64,000 bases of DNA. Origin: Bdellovibrionia bacterium (GTDB taxonomy: Bacteria; Bdellovibrionota; UBA1018). The translations under genes and the position numbers were made by a program. Below are positions 26,717-37,353 of the stretch, piece after piece (position 1 is the stretch's first letter; every line of letters starts with the position of its first letter). The notes below the pieces were generated by a model, which was not told where the DNA came from, searched no databases, and worked only from the letters and a program-made list of their open reading frames with translations. The stretch is taken from positions 16,017-80,016 of the forward strand of contig JBMSSC010000001.1 in assembly GCA_049424145.1 (NCBI GenBank), given 5' to 3'.

Positions 26717-29700
26717 AGTTTAAAACCTCATTCCTGTGTTATCGCTGACTTTGCCATGCTGGGGCTTTTGAAAAGTCGCGGCATGAGACGTCCGCCCTGA
26801 AGTGCGGAAGTTTCCAATTTTTTCCTCACTATACAGGGCAAAACAAGAAACGACTATCTGAACTTGCAAGGATCACATCGTCAAGCAATTCAGCGAGGCA
26901 TTTTCACTGCATTGGAAGGGCGTTGCTTTTTGGGGCTCAATTCGTGGGTCTTTAGGTCTGGGAGTCGTGCCATGAGGTGACTGGGGAAGGTTTTGAGCCC
27001 ATTTGACCTCAATCAGAGGGATTGAAGGCGTCCAGGAACGGAGTGAATCATCTTTGAAAATCGCGTGTTCAGATCCAGAGATCCAGAGATCCTGTTCGTG
27101 TGCTCTGAGAGATTCCGGTTTAAGGTCTTGTTTTTAAAAGGATGGGGCATGACTAGTTGCTTCGATCCTTGATTGATTAGCTTATTTAATATATTATTAA
27201 AATGTAACTTAATGAGCAAAACTCGCTTGAGTTTGCGTGGGTTCGATTGGGCGGAATCGGCTTTGATTTCATGGGTTTTGGTTAGGGTAAGAATCCAAGG
27301 GTTGAAGGAGCGAATTTGAGAGAGTTTTTTGAAAAAAAGCGTCAAGACCAGCCCCAAAAGAGGGTTTTACCTTGGCTCGGGTTAGTCGTGATTGGGTTGA
27401 TCTGTGGGTCAATTTCCTCTCAAGCATCTTTATTTAATGTGATGTCGTTTCTCAAAACACAATGGGTGAATACTCCGTATAAGAGGATCACGGGAGGGGC
27501 TGGTGATTCTGGAGCTAATTCCCACACCTGTGGTCTCACGTTTCAGGGGCAACTCAAGTGTTGGGGTTGGAACTCCAGTGGGCAGCTTGGACTAGGAACG
27601 GTAGGAGTCGGAGTGAGTTCCCCGACGGCTATTGGAACGCCTTCGTTCGTTTCAGTCGCAGGGGGGTATCGCCATACGTGTGGAATTACAGCTAATCGGA
27701 CTCTTCGGTGCTGGGGGTCTGATTCTTACGGTCAGGTGGGAAATGGTTCGCTGACCACCGCGGATCAAGCGTCTCCCGTGGCGATTGATTCATTAACCCC
27801 TTATGGCACTGTTGCGGCGGGAGGGTATCACACCTGCGGAATTACTCAGGCTGGAGATCTTAAATGTTGGGGCTGGAACAGCTCGGGACAACTCGGAAAT
27901 GGAAATCCTGCTTCCGATGAGGCTTCGCCTTTCGGAATTGATTCTGGGACTTCTTACATTGAGATTACTGCGGGTTATGCTCATACCTGTGGAATTACAG
28001 GGGCTGGAGTTTTAAAATGCTGGGGCCTGAATTCCAGTGGGCAAGTGGGAAACGGGGTAGTCGGAGGATCTTCCACATCTCCTGTGGAGATTGACTCAGG
28101 GACACCCTATATCGCCGTTTCAGCGGGAGATGCTCATACCTGTGGGATTACCGGCGCTGGAGTGTTAAAATGCTGGGGCTCGGATTCGAACGGCAAGTTA
28201 GGAAACGGAACCTTAACGTCGGCCGACCAGCCCTCACCTGTGGTGATTGATTCGGGGACAACCTATCTTGCAGTTTCTGCTGGTGTTGAGCATACGTGTG
28301 GAATTACGGGAAGTGGAGTGCTTAAATGCTGGGGAAGTGATGCGAACGGTCAGTTAGGCAATGGGTCCACCAGTGGGAATCAGTTCTCCCCAGTGGCGAC
28401 TAATTCCGGGGCAAATTATGTCGGGATTTGGTCCGGACGAAATCATACGTGTGCGATCACCAGTCGGGGGGTGCTTGAGTGCTGGGGGAGTGATGCCTCA
28501 GGCCAATTAGGAAATGGTTCAACTTTGACTTCCGATGTCCTTTCCCCAGCATCCATTGATAAGGATAGGTTTCAAAAAGGCATCTATCAAAAAACGGCCA
28601 CCTCGGGGGCCTTTACTTCGTGCGGGGTGATGAATTCGGGTGTGCTCAGGTGCTGGGGGAGTGATGCATTTAGTCAGTTGGGCAACGGAGGGACAGGCAA
28701 TCAGACGATTCCTCGAATCACAAACTCTGGAGAAATTTATCGACAAGTCTCTGTGGGAGGATATGAATCCAATAGCTCCCATGCTTGTGGCATAACAGGA
28801 TCCAATCAACTCAAGTGTTGGGGGAGTAATACATCTGGGCAGGTGGGGATTGGGAACACGGCGGGTCCAGTGACGACTCCTCAATTGGTCAACGATCCGG
28901 GCACCCGGTATCGAAAAGTGAGTTTGGGCTGTTCACACACTTGCGGAATCACGACTGCAGGTCAGCTCAAGTGCTGGGGATATAATGGCTTTAGGGAGTT
29001 GGGTGGTCGAACCGGAGATTTAACGTCCCCAGGGGTCGTGGATTCGGGGAGCACATATCGAGACGTAGGAATGGGGTGTGGTTTCGGCTGTGGCATTACC
29101 ACTCGTGGAGAGTTGAAATGCTGGGGGCAAAATACCTCGGGTCAAGTGGGTAATGGAACGAGTGGTAGCTCTCAGTCTACCCCTGTGGTCATTGATTCCG
29201 GGATGACCTACCGAGCGATTTCAGGGGGGTATAATTTCGCCTGCGGGATTGCCGCGAGCGGAACTTTGAAATGTTGGGGAAGCGATAACGCTGGACAGGT
29301 TGGGAACGGGGCAACTACAGGAAACCAACTGACGCCTCAGCCTGTTAATGACCCAGGTACTGTTTACTCGGTGATTGCTTCAGGGTTCTACTATGCTTGC
29401 GGAATTACGGGTGTGGGAGCCTTAAAATGCTGGGGAAGTGATTCTGCAGGCCAATTAGGAAACGGCGCTGCAGTGAGTCAAGACTCTCCCATGTTAAGTG
29501 ATTCGGGGACCTTATACACCGAGGTTGGATCTGCCCTGGGTTCAGCTAATTGGGGTCACAGCTGTGGAATCACGGTTGGGGGAATTCTCAGGTGCTGGGG
29601 ACGCAATAACTCTGGGCAACTGGGCATCGGTAACACCGCGAATCAAACTTCCCCCGTTGATGTGGTTCGTTAAGTGAGGCTGGGTGGCGTGAGCGCGCTT
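26470..29700. repeat. tandem duplication unit 2 (3,231 bp), identical to unit 1
   Basis: It ends …gagcgcgctt, and the unique sequence resumes with taaaatcgtc at 29701. Confidence 0.9.
27316..29673 (+). CDS. RCC1-repeat protein, copy 2 (identical to copy 1)
   Basis: 785-aa translation identical to 24085..26442. Its own copy of the upstream region is included in the repeat. Confidence 0.85.
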   Translation: MREFFEKKRQDQPQKRVLPWLGLVVIGLICGSISSQASLFNVMSFLKTQWVNTPYKRITGGAGDSGANSHTCGLTFQGQLKCWGWNSSGQLGLGTVGVGVSSPTAIGTPSFVSVAGGYRHTCGITANRTLRCWGSDSYGQVGNGSLTTADQASPVAIDSLTPYGTVAAGGYHTCGITQAGDLKCWGWNSSGQLGNGNPASDEASPFGIDSGTSYIEITAGYAHTCGITGAGVLKCWGLNSSGQVGNGVVGGSSTSPVEIDSGTPYIAVSAGDAHTCGITGAGVLKCWGSDSNGKLGNGTLTSADQPSPVVIDSGTTYLAVSAGVEHTCGITGSGVLKCWGSDANGQLGNGSTSGNQFSPVATNSGANYVGIWSGRNHTCAITSRGVLECWGSDASGQLGNGSTLTSDVLSPASIDKDRFQKGIYQKTATSGAFTSCGVMNSGVLRCWGSDAFSQLGNGGTGNQTIPRITNSGEIYRQVSVGGYESNSSHACGITGSNQLKCWGSNTSGQVGIGNTAGPVTTPQLVNDPGTRYRKVSLGCSHTCGITTAGQLKCWGYNGFRELGGRTGDLTSPGVVDSGSTYRDVGMGCGFGCGITTRGELKCWGQNTSGQVGNGTSGSSQSTPVVIDSGMTYRAISGGYNFACGIAASGTLKCWGSDNAGQVGNGATTGNQLTPQPVNDPGTVYSVIASGFYYACGITGVGALKCWGSDSAGQLGNGAAVSQDSPMLSDSGTLYTEVGSALGSANWGHSCGITVGGILRCWGRNNSGQLGIGNTANQTSPVDVVR

Positions 29701-29800
29701 TAAAATCGTCTTATTTCAGGTGTGTTCCGAGAATGGGGTGATGCTGTGTCGTTGTCGTCTCTGGGTTGATTTGCCGCTTAGGCACCTGAGGCAAGGCTCC

Positions 29801-30547
29801 CTAAACAATTCGGGCAAAAAACTTTCGAGTCTCCTCAGCCACATAGGCTTCAATGAGTTTGGCGTGAGCTGGGTTGATCCCCCGAAAAACGATTCCGACT
29901 TTGATCTTCTCTTCGGTGTCTGAGGGGTGGGATTTGGGTAGTCGCCTTAAATGCAGCACTTCACCGCAAAGGGTCAGGGTCTCGGATCGGAGGGAAATAC
30001 TCATGCCCTCGATTCGTTGGCCCACGTAAAAGGGCATGCGCTCCTGGTCTTCTGTTAAAAAGGAAAGGCCTCCTGAGCTGATGTCGTAGATCTTCTTTCG
30101 GATGACGGTGGCGGAAGCTCGGGGGTCTACAAACTCAACTCGCAGGACGTAGCCTTGAAGGATGCGAAACCGCTGGTTTTTTCGTCGCTGAGCCCGAAAC
30201 AGGCGCTTGGGAAGGGAGAACTCCAAGTGGGTGAATGAAGTGGAGATGAGCTGGGCTGGAAAAAAAAGAGTGGCTCGCTCCAAGGAGACGTTAAACAAAC
30301 AGCGATCCCCTGCGGCTTGGAGCTTGGGATAGAACTCATCTCGATTGCAATCCAAAGGAGGGGTGGTGAAGATGAGTTTCTTCAATTGGCTCAGTCCCAT
30401 GAAAGAGCAGCGTTTGGGCTCGGGGTGCTCTTGAGTCCAAATGAGGGTGGCAGCGCTAATTTTTACCGCTTCATCAAAGTACTTGATGATTTCAAGCGGG
30501 TCGGTGACTTCGGTGAGTTCATTGGAGTGGCTTTGAGCCTCAGACAA
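29801..30547 (-). CDS. YcgR-like c-di-GMP-binding protein (PilZN-like N-domain + PilZ domain)
   Basis: RxxxR motif (QRRKNQRFR, residues ~121-126) and D-x-S-x-G-G motif (DISSGGLSF). The 248-aa size matches YcgR-type proteins. It overlaps the mreB stop by 8 nt. Confidence 0.7.
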   Translation of the reverse strand: MSEAQSHSNELTEVTDPLEIIKYFDEAVKISAATLIWTQEHPEPKRCSFMGLSQLKKLIFTTPPLDCNRDEFYPKLQAAGDRCLFNVSLERATLFFPAQLISTSFTHLEFSLPKRLFRAQRRKNQRFRILQGYVLRVEFVDPRASATVIRKKIYDISSGGLSFLTEDQERMPFYVGQRIEGMSISLRSETLTLCGEVLHLRRLPKSHPSDTEEKIKVGIVFRGINPAHAKLIEAYVAEETRKFFARIV

Positions 30548-31595
30548 TGGTCACCTTTCTGAGCAGGTCCATGTCTTGAAGGGCTTTTACTGAACCACGC
30601 ACCACACAGGTTAATGGATCTTCAGCTAAGGCAACCGGGAGTCCTGTTTTTTCCTTAATCAAGATGTCGAGGTTGGCTAGGAGTGCTCCTCCCCCGGCTA
30701 AGATAATCCCATTATCGACAATATCGGCCGCCAGTTCTGGAGGAGTTCTCTCTAAGGCCGTTTTAATCGTGTCCACCACGGCCGACACAGGCTCAGCAAG
30801 AGCATCTCGGATTTCCTCCGAGTTGACTTCAATGGTTTTAGGTGCCCCACTGATTAGGTCTCGTCCTTTGACTTCGTAGGTTTTCTCCTCTTCAAACGGA
30901 TAGGCGCAGCCAATGGAGAGCTTAATCTGCTCAGCCGTTCGCTCTCCGATCAGAAGTGAGTATTTTCTCTTAATGTAGTTCACGATGGCGTCATCAAACT
31001 TATCGCCTGCGACTCGAACGGATTTTGAGTAAACGATCCCGCCTAGGGAAATCACGGCCACTTCCGTGGTTCCGCCGCCGATATCCACAATCATGTTTCC
31101 GCTCGGTTCTCGAATGGGAAGTCCTGCTCCCAGCGCTGCAGCCATGGGTTCCTCAATGAGGTAGACTTCGCGGGCCCCTGCGGATTGAGCGGATTCTTTC
31201 ACCGCTCGTTTTTCCACCTGAGTGATTCCAAAGGGAATGCAGATGATGATCCTGGGACGAATAAAGGTTCTTCGTTCACTGGATTTATGGATGAAGTACT
31301 TGAGCATCGATTGGGTGACTTCAAAGTCGGCGATCACTCCATCTTTCAGAGGGCGAACGGCTTGGATGGACCCTGGGGTTCGCCCGAGCATGTCTTTGGC
31401 CTCTTTGCCAACGGCAAGTACGCGGGTTTGGCCCCGGGAGTTTCGGTGGATGGCAACCACGGAGGGCTCGTTGATGATGATGCCACGATCCCTTGCGTAA
31501 ACCAGCGTATTTGCGGTTCCTAAGTCAATTGCCAAGTCGTTTGCAAAAAAATCTAACATTTTCTTTAGCATGAATGATTCACCACTTATCACCAC
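30540..31595 (-). CDS. mreB: rod-shape-determining actin homologue MreB
   Basis: The N-terminal region [13 protein letters not shown] resembles MreB, and the protein has an actin/Hsp70-like ATPase fold. Confidence 0.9.
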   Translation of the reverse strand: MVISGESFMLKKMLDFFANDLAIDLGTANTLVYARDRGIIINEPSVVAIHRNSRGQTRVLAVGKEAKDMLGRTPGSIQAVRPLKDGVIADFEVTQSMLKYFIHKSSERRTFIRPRIIICIPFGITQVEKRAVKESAQSAGAREVYLIEEPMAAALGAGLPIREPSGNMIVDIGGGTTEVAVISLGGIVYSKSVRVAGDKFDDAIVNYIKRKYSLLIGERTAEQIKLSIGCAYPFEEEKTYEVKGRDLISGAPKTIEVNSEEIRDALAEPVSAVVDTIKTALERTPPELAADIVDNGIILAGGGALLANLDILIKEKTGLPVALAEDPLTCVVRGSVKALQDMDLLRKVTIV

Positions 31596-32449
31596 TTATA
31601 ATGACGAATGTGCTCGCCTCGCTCACTGATCTCACTCATCGCCTTCATTCCGACTTCTAAGTGCAGATCGGTGAACTTTTGGAACACCGCTTTTGCCGAC
31701 TTCTGAGTTTTAATTCCGCCTCGTCTTAAGGGAAGGTCCGAAACGAGAAGTAAGGCTCCAATGGGAACTTTACTGGCGAACCCGGCAACAAAGAGCGTGG
31801 CTGATTCCATCTCAATGGCCAAAGCGCGTTCTTCATACAACTGAGCCTTAAATCGTTGATCGAATTCCCAAAAACGATAATCAGTAGTATGAATGACACC
31901 GGTGCGATAATCCAAGTCTTTTTCGACTAAAATCTGAGAAACGAATTTTTGAATTTTAAACGTGGGTAAGGCAGGAACCTGAGGTGGCATGAAGTGCCGG
32001 GAAGCCCCTTCATCGCGGATGGCTGCCGTGGGGATGATGAAGTCCCCGACTTTCAATGAGCGATGCAGGCCTCCACACATTCCTAAGAGCAGGACTGCTG
32101 TGGGGTCTAAGGTGGCCAAAAGCTCGATGATCAAGGCTGCTGTGGGAGAGCCCATGGAAAAGTTGACGATCGACACTCCTGCTTTCTTGCTATGCACCGC
32201 ACCCATGATGGACCCCTGGGTTCGGGACTCTCCTGAAAGTTGAGTGAATCGATTCAGATAGTAGTCAAAATTAGTGAGAATGATCTGCTTTTGAAAGCTT
32301 TCCGGTGGACTACCCGTATAACGCGCCAGCATATCCCGAGCAATTTTATGCTTGTGGGCATTGGTGTAGATTCGATTATTATTTTGAATAATGAATGGAT
32401 TAATAGAAAAATCTTCTGACTTCTTTATTTTACTTTTTTTCTGTTGCAC
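31589..32449 (-). CDS. PNP/UDP-phosphorylase-family (MTA/AMP-nucleosidase-like) protein
   Basis: PNP_UDP_1-like core (…LLGMCGGL…, [12 protein letters not shown]) with a ~70-aa N-terminal extension. It overlaps the mreB start by 7 nt. Confidence 0.6.
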   Translation of the reverse strand: MQQKKSKIKKSEDFSINPFIIQNNNRIYTNAHKHKIARDMLARYTGSPPESFQKQIILTNFDYYLNRFTQLSGESRTQGSIMGAVHSKKAGVSIVNFSMGSPTAALIIELLATLDPTAVLLLGMCGGLHRSLKVGDFIIPTAAIRDEGASRHFMPPQVPALPTFKIQKFVSQILVEKDLDYRTGVIHTTDYRFWEFDQRFKAQLYEERALAIEMESATLFVAGFASKVPIGALLLVSDLPLRRGGIKTQKSAKAVFQKFTDLHLEVGMKAMSEISERGEHIRHYKW

Positions 32450-32504
32450 AGCTTCAGCTTACATTTGGCGTTTCCGCTAGACAAGGGTATACTGGAGAGA
32501 AAAC

Positions 32505-33851
32505 ATGCGGAGAGTCGTGAAAACATCAGTAGTTGATAAAAAAGGTTTTTTTAGGAGCTTTTTGAGGCTCAGGAAGAGCCGGAGTGGGGCCTTGGCTCTT
32601 TTCTTCGTTTTTTTCTGCTTTTTCTCATCCGACATCCCTCCTTATGCCTTAGCTTCCATTGAGGCCCAGCGCTCTTGGAGCGCAACTTCAGGGGCAAAGT
32701 CCGCGCTTACGAAAGAAAAAGTGGCTCAGGTTTTAGAAAGCTCCGCTCTCATGGCGGAGTTTCCCCAAGAAATGGACCTGGAGGTTCAGCGCTTGGGGAA
32801 AGTCAAAGGGCGATTCCAGTATACGTTTGATCCTAAGCTTCAGCAGGCCATGGAGGGGCTCTTTGACGCCTATGGTCCCGATTATGGGGCCTTCGTCGCC
32901 ATGGATCCTAAAACAGGCCGGATCTTATCTTTGGTGAGTTATTCGCGGTCGGGAAAAATTCGAGAGAACCTAGCTCTAAGAGCAAGCTTTCCTTCGGCCT
33001 CCGTATTTAAAGTCGTCACCGCAGCCGCGGCCATTGAAAAACATCAGATTTCCTCAGAAACGGTGATTCCTACGCAGGGCCGAAATCACACGCTCTACCG
33101 AGGACAGATTTTAAAATCCCAAATCAATCGATGGACTCGCTTCATTACCTTAAAAGAAGCCTTTGCTCACTCCGTTAACTCCGTATTTGGAAAGATCGGG
33201 GCCTTCACTGTGGGCTCCACCGTGCTCAGACAGTACGCCGAACGCTTTGGTTTTAATCACAAAATCCCAGCGGATCTGCCCATTCAGGAAGGTCGAGCCT
33301 TCATTCCTGAAGACCTCTGGGGATTGGCCGAGAGTGCCTCAGGCTTCACACGGGAGAACACCATGAGCCCTCTTCAAGGAGCGCTCATTGCCTCGGCCGT
33401 GGCCAATGATGGGGTCATGATGGAGCCCTACGTGGTGGAGTCCATTGTGAAGCTTGCAGGCCATGAGAACGAGACTCAAGGACCGCCACTTTATCTGGCT
33501 GAGCCTAAGGTGTCCACCGTGGCGATGGATCCTGAGACGGCAAGCGAGATTCGGGATCTGATGAAAGAAACCGTTCTTCACGGAACATCACGCGGTTCGT
33601 TTCGAGGATTTTTCAAGAAAGACTTCTCCTTTTTGGATGTGGGAGGTAAAACCGGCTCTCTTACGGGCTTAAGTCCAAAGGGTAAGTACGATTGGTTTGT
33701 GGGCTATGCTCAATCCGGATCTCATCGGATTGCCGTCTCGGCGTTAACGATTTCAGAAAAACAATGGCGCGTGAAGTCCTCGTACTTAGCGCGTAGGGCT
33801 ATTGAGAATTATTTCCGGACCTCCGTTCATCATTCCTTGGCAGAAAGATAG
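32505..33851 (+). CDS. penicillin-binding protein, transpeptidase domain (class-B-like, short)
   Basis: N-terminal membrane anchor. SxxK (SASVFK), SxN (SVNSVF) and KTG (GGKTGS) active-site motifs. 448 aa. Confidence 0.7.
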   Translation: MRRVVKTSVVDKKGFFRSFLRLRKSRSGALALFFVFFCFFSSDIPPYALASIEAQRSWSATSGAKSALTKEKVAQVLESSALMAEFPQEMDLEVQRLGKVKGRFQYTFDPKLQQAMEGLFDAYGPDYGAFVAMDPKTGRILSLVSYSRSGKIRENLALRASFPSASVFKVVTAAAAIEKHQISSETVIPTQGRNHTLYRGQILKSQINRWTRFITLKEAFAHSVNSVFGKIGAFTVGSTVLRQYAERFGFNHKIPADLPIQEGRAFIPEDLWGLAESASGFTRENTMSPLQGALIASAVANDGVMMEPYVVESIVKLAGHENETQGPPLYLAEPKVSTVAMDPETASEIRDLMKETVLHGTSRGSFRGFFKKDFSFLDVGGKTGSLTGLSPKGKYDWFVGYAQSGSHRIAVSALTISEKQWRVKSSYLARRAIENYFRTSVHHSLAER

Positions 33852-33855
33852 TTTT

Positions 33856-34779
33856 TTGACCACGCTTCATCAACCGATTTTAGTGGAACCCATTGTTCAG
33901 GCCCTTTTGGAGCCCTTTCGGCGCTTACCTCCTGATGCTCCTCCTCATTTTATTTTGGATTGCACACTGGGAGGAGGAGGGCACAGTGCCGCTCTTTTGA
34001 ATGCGCTGGCTTGTGATCCCCAGTGCTCCCGCCATGGGCTGTTAGCCGTGGATCAGGATCAAGACGCCGTGGATCGAGCTCATCAGCGCTTTGCTGAGTG
34101 GATTGCCCAAGGAAAAATGGAGATTCGTCACGGTCGATTTGCCGATGCTTTTGATCTTTTTGCAGGCAAGCGAGTCCTAGGACTCTTGGCGGATCTGGGG
34201 TTTTCCAGCGATCAGCTGAATTTAGCAGATCGAGGGCTGAGCTTTCAGAGCAAGGGTCCGTTGGACATGAGGCTGGATCCGAGTCAGGGGGAGAGCGCCC
34301 AAGAGCTTCTCAGGCGAGTGAGCCAAAACGAACTGGAGAGGATCCTAGAGGAGTTTGGTGAAGAGCGGTTTGCCCGTCGGATTGCAGGGGCCATTGTGGA
34401 GAGAAGAAGGTTAGGAGAGCTCCCCACCACCACTCAAGCCCTCGTGGAGGTGATCGTTCGTGCCATTCCCCCGGGAGCCAGGCACGGGCGGATTCACGTT
34501 GCAACTCGAACCTTCCAAGCGCTTCGAATTGCGGTGAACCAGGAGTTAGAACAACTCGATCAGCTCTTAAGTCGAGGTCTTCCTCAGGTGGTGGTTGGAG
34601 GGCGTGCGGCCATCATCAGTTTTCACTCACTTGAGGATCGCCGGGTGAAGGTTTACTTCAAACAAGAATCTCAGTTTCAGAGCCTGACGAAAAAGCCGAT
34701 TCAGCCCGATGAGGCTGAGATTCGATCAAATTCCCGAGCTCGAAGTGCGAAGCTCAGGATCGCAGAACGAGTCGTGTGA
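33856..34779 (+). CDS. rsmH: 16S rRNA (cytosine1402-N4)-methyltransferase RsmH (MraW)
   Basis: HQPILVEPIVQAL…ILDCTLGGGGHS…FHSLEDRRVK. Probable TTG start at 33856. The track ORF from 33802 overlaps the PBP gene. Confidence 0.85.
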   Translation: MTTLHQPILVEPIVQALLEPFRRLPPDAPPHFILDCTLGGGGHSAALLNALACDPQCSRHGLLAVDQDQDAVDRAHQRFAEWIAQGKMEIRHGRFADAFDLFAGKRVLGLLADLGFSSDQLNLADRGLSFQSKGPLDMRLDPSQGESAQELLRRVSQNELERILEEFGEERFARRIAGAIVERRRLGELPTTTQALVEVIVRAIPPGARHGRIHVATRTFQALRIAVNQELEQLDQLLSRGLPQVVVGGRAAIISFHSLEDRRVKVYFKQESQFQSLTKKPIQPDEAEIRSNSRARSAKLRIAERVV

Positions 34780-34868
34780 CAAGTTTGGGCCATTGAGCGC
34801 GCCAAGAGGGGGTGTGGTTTTTTTCCCTTCGTTCCTCTTTTTTCTGCTTTAGGGACTAAGAAGGGTGG

Positions 34869-35237
34869 GTGGTTTGGGGTGGGCTCTTGCGCTTCCGTGA
34901 TGAGACGGAGATTGCGCCATTTTTGGGTTCAGATAGAATAAAACTCATGGTGAGCAGAATTCTTCCAATCTGGGTGGTCTTTGCTTTAGTGGTTTTTGCA
35001 ATTGGGAGCGTGTGGATTCGACTCCATATCATTCGAACCACCTATGCCATCAATGAGATGCATAGAAAAATGGAGCAAACCAAGCAAGATTCAGAACTGT
35101 TGCAAGTGAAGCTCTCGAGTCTGAAGTCTCCGAAGCATTTAGAAGCCTTGGCTCGGCGGAAGTTTGGTCTTCTGCAGCCGCGAATGGATCAGGTCATTCG
35201 CATGACCCAGTCGAAAGAAGCCCTTCATGGAACCTAA
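34869..35237 (+). CDS. ftsL: FtsL-like division protein (single TM + coiled coil)
   Basis: Small bitopic protein in the canonical slot between rsmH and ftsI. TM helix ILPIWVVFALVVFAIGSVWIRL followed by heptad-like sequence. The start may be the ATG at 34938. Confidence 0.5.
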   Translation: MVWGGLLRFRDETEIAPFLGSDRIKLMVSRILPIWVVFALVVFAIGSVWIRLHIIRTTYAINEMHRKMEQTKQDSELLQVKLSSLKSPKHLEALARRKFGLLQPRMDQVIRMTQSKEALHGT

Positions 35238-37353
35238 GGTGGAGGCTCAGATTTTCCCTGATGATTCGATCCGAAAACGCTTGGTGGTCACCTTAGCCAT
35301 TGGGGCGGTCTTCACCTGCTTGATCCTCGGGCGTGCTATTTTCATTCAGCTGATGAAACATCCCCGGTTAGAAGCCATGGCTTCTCGTCAGTACCATGCT
35401 CAATCCTTGGTTCAGCCCCGTCGAGGCGTCATTTTCGATCGAAACGGGGAGCGTCTTGCCGTGAGTGTGGATTCCTATAGTTTAGCAGCCAATCCTACTA
35501 AGATCCGAAAGCGCTGGATCTTAGCGCCCCTTTTAGCCAAGGCACTTCGCTCGAGCTCCTCACGATTGATGGAGAAGCTCAGTGAGCCTCGGGAGTTTGT
35601 TTGGATCAAACGGCAGTTGAGCGAGGCGGATCTCAGGGCGTTTAAAAAACTCTCACGCGTTGAATCGAATGATGATCTGCTCGAAGGCTTGTGGTTAGTC
35701 AAGGAAAGTAAGCGAGTTTACCCCCATGCCTCCCTTGCCGCGCATGTTTTAGGCGACGTAAATGTGGATTCAGATGGATTAGAAGGAGTTGAGCTTTGGC
35801 AAAATGAGCGATTGAAGGGAAAAATCCTCAGTGTTTCGGCCATTAAAGATGCCTTGGGTCGGCCAACTTTCATTGATGCAAAAGCCGCATCTCAACTCAC
35901 CGATGGCCAAAGTGTGAGTCTGACCTTGGACTCGGTTCTTCAGTATGAAATTGAGAGACTCCTCTCTGAGGCAGTTCGAAAAACGGGAGCCAAAGGGGGA
36001 TCCGTGATGGTGATGGATGCCCAATCCGGTGACCTGTTGGCTTTGGCCAATGAGCCCACGTTTGATCCCAATCAAAAGGGAATTCCCCTGGATCGTCGCC
36101 GAAACCGCGTGTTGACCGATGGCTACGAGCCGGGATCCACGATGAAACCCTTACTTCTTGCTGCGGCCCTCTCAAGTGGAATGAAGCTCAGTGATGAGTT
36201 GTGGGGAGAAAAAGGGAGTTTCATTTTACAAAAACGGAGGATTTCAGAAGCCGAGGCGCATGAAAAATTTGAGTGGATCAGCTTAAAAAAAATCATCCAA
36301 GTCTCCAGCAATGTGGGAGCTGCAAAGTTGGCCTTAAAAGTCGGAGCAGAGCGTTACTTGCAGGTTTTAAGAGCCTTTGGCTTGGGCGCAAAAACCGGAT
36401 CAGGGTTTCCGGGTGAGATTTCAGGCCGAATCCCGCCCAAAAAAGATTGGCAGCCTTTAACGCTAGCAAACATTGGCTTTGGTCAGGGCCTGCTGGTGAC
36501 CCCGATGCAGATGCTGAAGGCCTATGCCGTGTTTGCCAATGGGGGCTTTTTAGTGGAGCCCCATTTGATCCAAGCAGAGGCTCAGTCCAAGGATGAAAAA
36601 CCAGGGGCTCTTGCGCTGTCCCCTTTAAAAAAGCAGGTTCTCTCGCCTCAGGTCACTCAAGCTGTGGTGGAGGCCTTGGAGTCCGTCACTCAAAGCGGAG
36701 GCACGGCACAAAAAGCGGCAATGCCTGGCTACCGAATTGCGGGAAAGACAGGAACCGCTCAGGTGGTCGATCCTCACTCCGGGAAATACTCCCATGATCA
36801 ATACGTGTCCTCGTTCATTGGTTTTCCGGTGGGTTTGGACTCTTCGCTGGTGATCTTCACAGCCTTAAATGAGCCCAAAGGCGTCTACTATGCATCCGAA
36901 ACAGCAGTGCCCTTGTTTAAAGAGGTGCTCAGTGCGCTCATTCATCGCTACAGCTTGCCTGCGGAGCACGAGCCTGAGCTGTCGGTGAAGCCCGTGAAGT
37001 TGGCCAGTGCCTCTCTGTCTGCTCTGCGTTCATCCGGGGGGATGACCCAGGATGAACTTCATTGGACCCAAGCCTCGGTGCAGCAGGCGTCGTTGACCAA
37101 GGGGGACTCGCTGAGCTTAGGCGGATCTCTGCCTCGAGTCGTTCCCGTGCCCCAGACTGAGGACGTCAAACTGAGTCAATGGGTCATGCCCGATCTCCAA
37201 GGGCTTTCACCCAAAGAGGTGCTGGAAGTGCTTCAGGGCTATCCCTTTGCCCTGGAGATGAAGGGGATGGGGATGGTTGCTTCACAGACGCCGATGGCCG
37301 GTCAGCGGCTCTCCAAAAGAAGTCGAGTTCGACTGGTGTTTTCAGAACCTTGA
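35227..37353 (+). CDS. ftsI: peptidoglycan D,D-transpeptidase FtsI (PBP3) with a C-terminal PASTA domain
   Basis: PBP dimerisation and transpeptidase domains (SxxK STMKP, SSN, KTGTA). The last ~65 aa (VMPDLQGLSPKEVLEVLQG…) look like a PASTA domain. Confidence 0.85.
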   Translation: MEPKVEAQIFPDDSIRKRLVVTLAIGAVFTCLILGRAIFIQLMKHPRLEAMASRQYHAQSLVQPRRGVIFDRNGERLAVSVDSYSLAANPTKIRKRWILAPLLAKALRSSSSRLMEKLSEPREFVWIKRQLSEADLRAFKKLSRVESNDDLLEGLWLVKESKRVYPHASLAAHVLGDVNVDSDGLEGVELWQNERLKGKILSVSAIKDALGRPTFIDAKAASQLTDGQSVSLTLDSVLQYEIERLLSEAVRKTGAKGGSVMVMDAQSGDLLALANEPTFDPNQKGIPLDRRRNRVLTDGYEPGSTMKPLLLAAALSSGMKLSDELWGEKGSFILQKRRISEAEAHEKFEWISLKKIIQVSSNVGAAKLALKVGAERYLQVLRAFGLGAKTGSGFPGEISGRIPPKKDWQPLTLANIGFGQGLLVTPMQMLKAYAVFANGGFLVEPHLIQAEAQSKDEKPGALALSPLKKQVLSPQVTQAVVEALESVTQSGGTAQKAAMPGYRIAGKTGTAQVVDPHSGKYSHDQYVSSFIGFPVGLDSSLVIFTALNEPKGVYYASETAVPLFKEVLSALIHRYSLPAEHEPELSVKPVKLASASLSALRSSGGMTQDELHWTQASVQQASLTKGDSLSLGGSLPRVVPVPQTEDVKLSQWVMPDLQGLSPKEVLEVLQGYPFALEMKGMGMVASQTPMAGQRLSKRSRVRLVFSEP

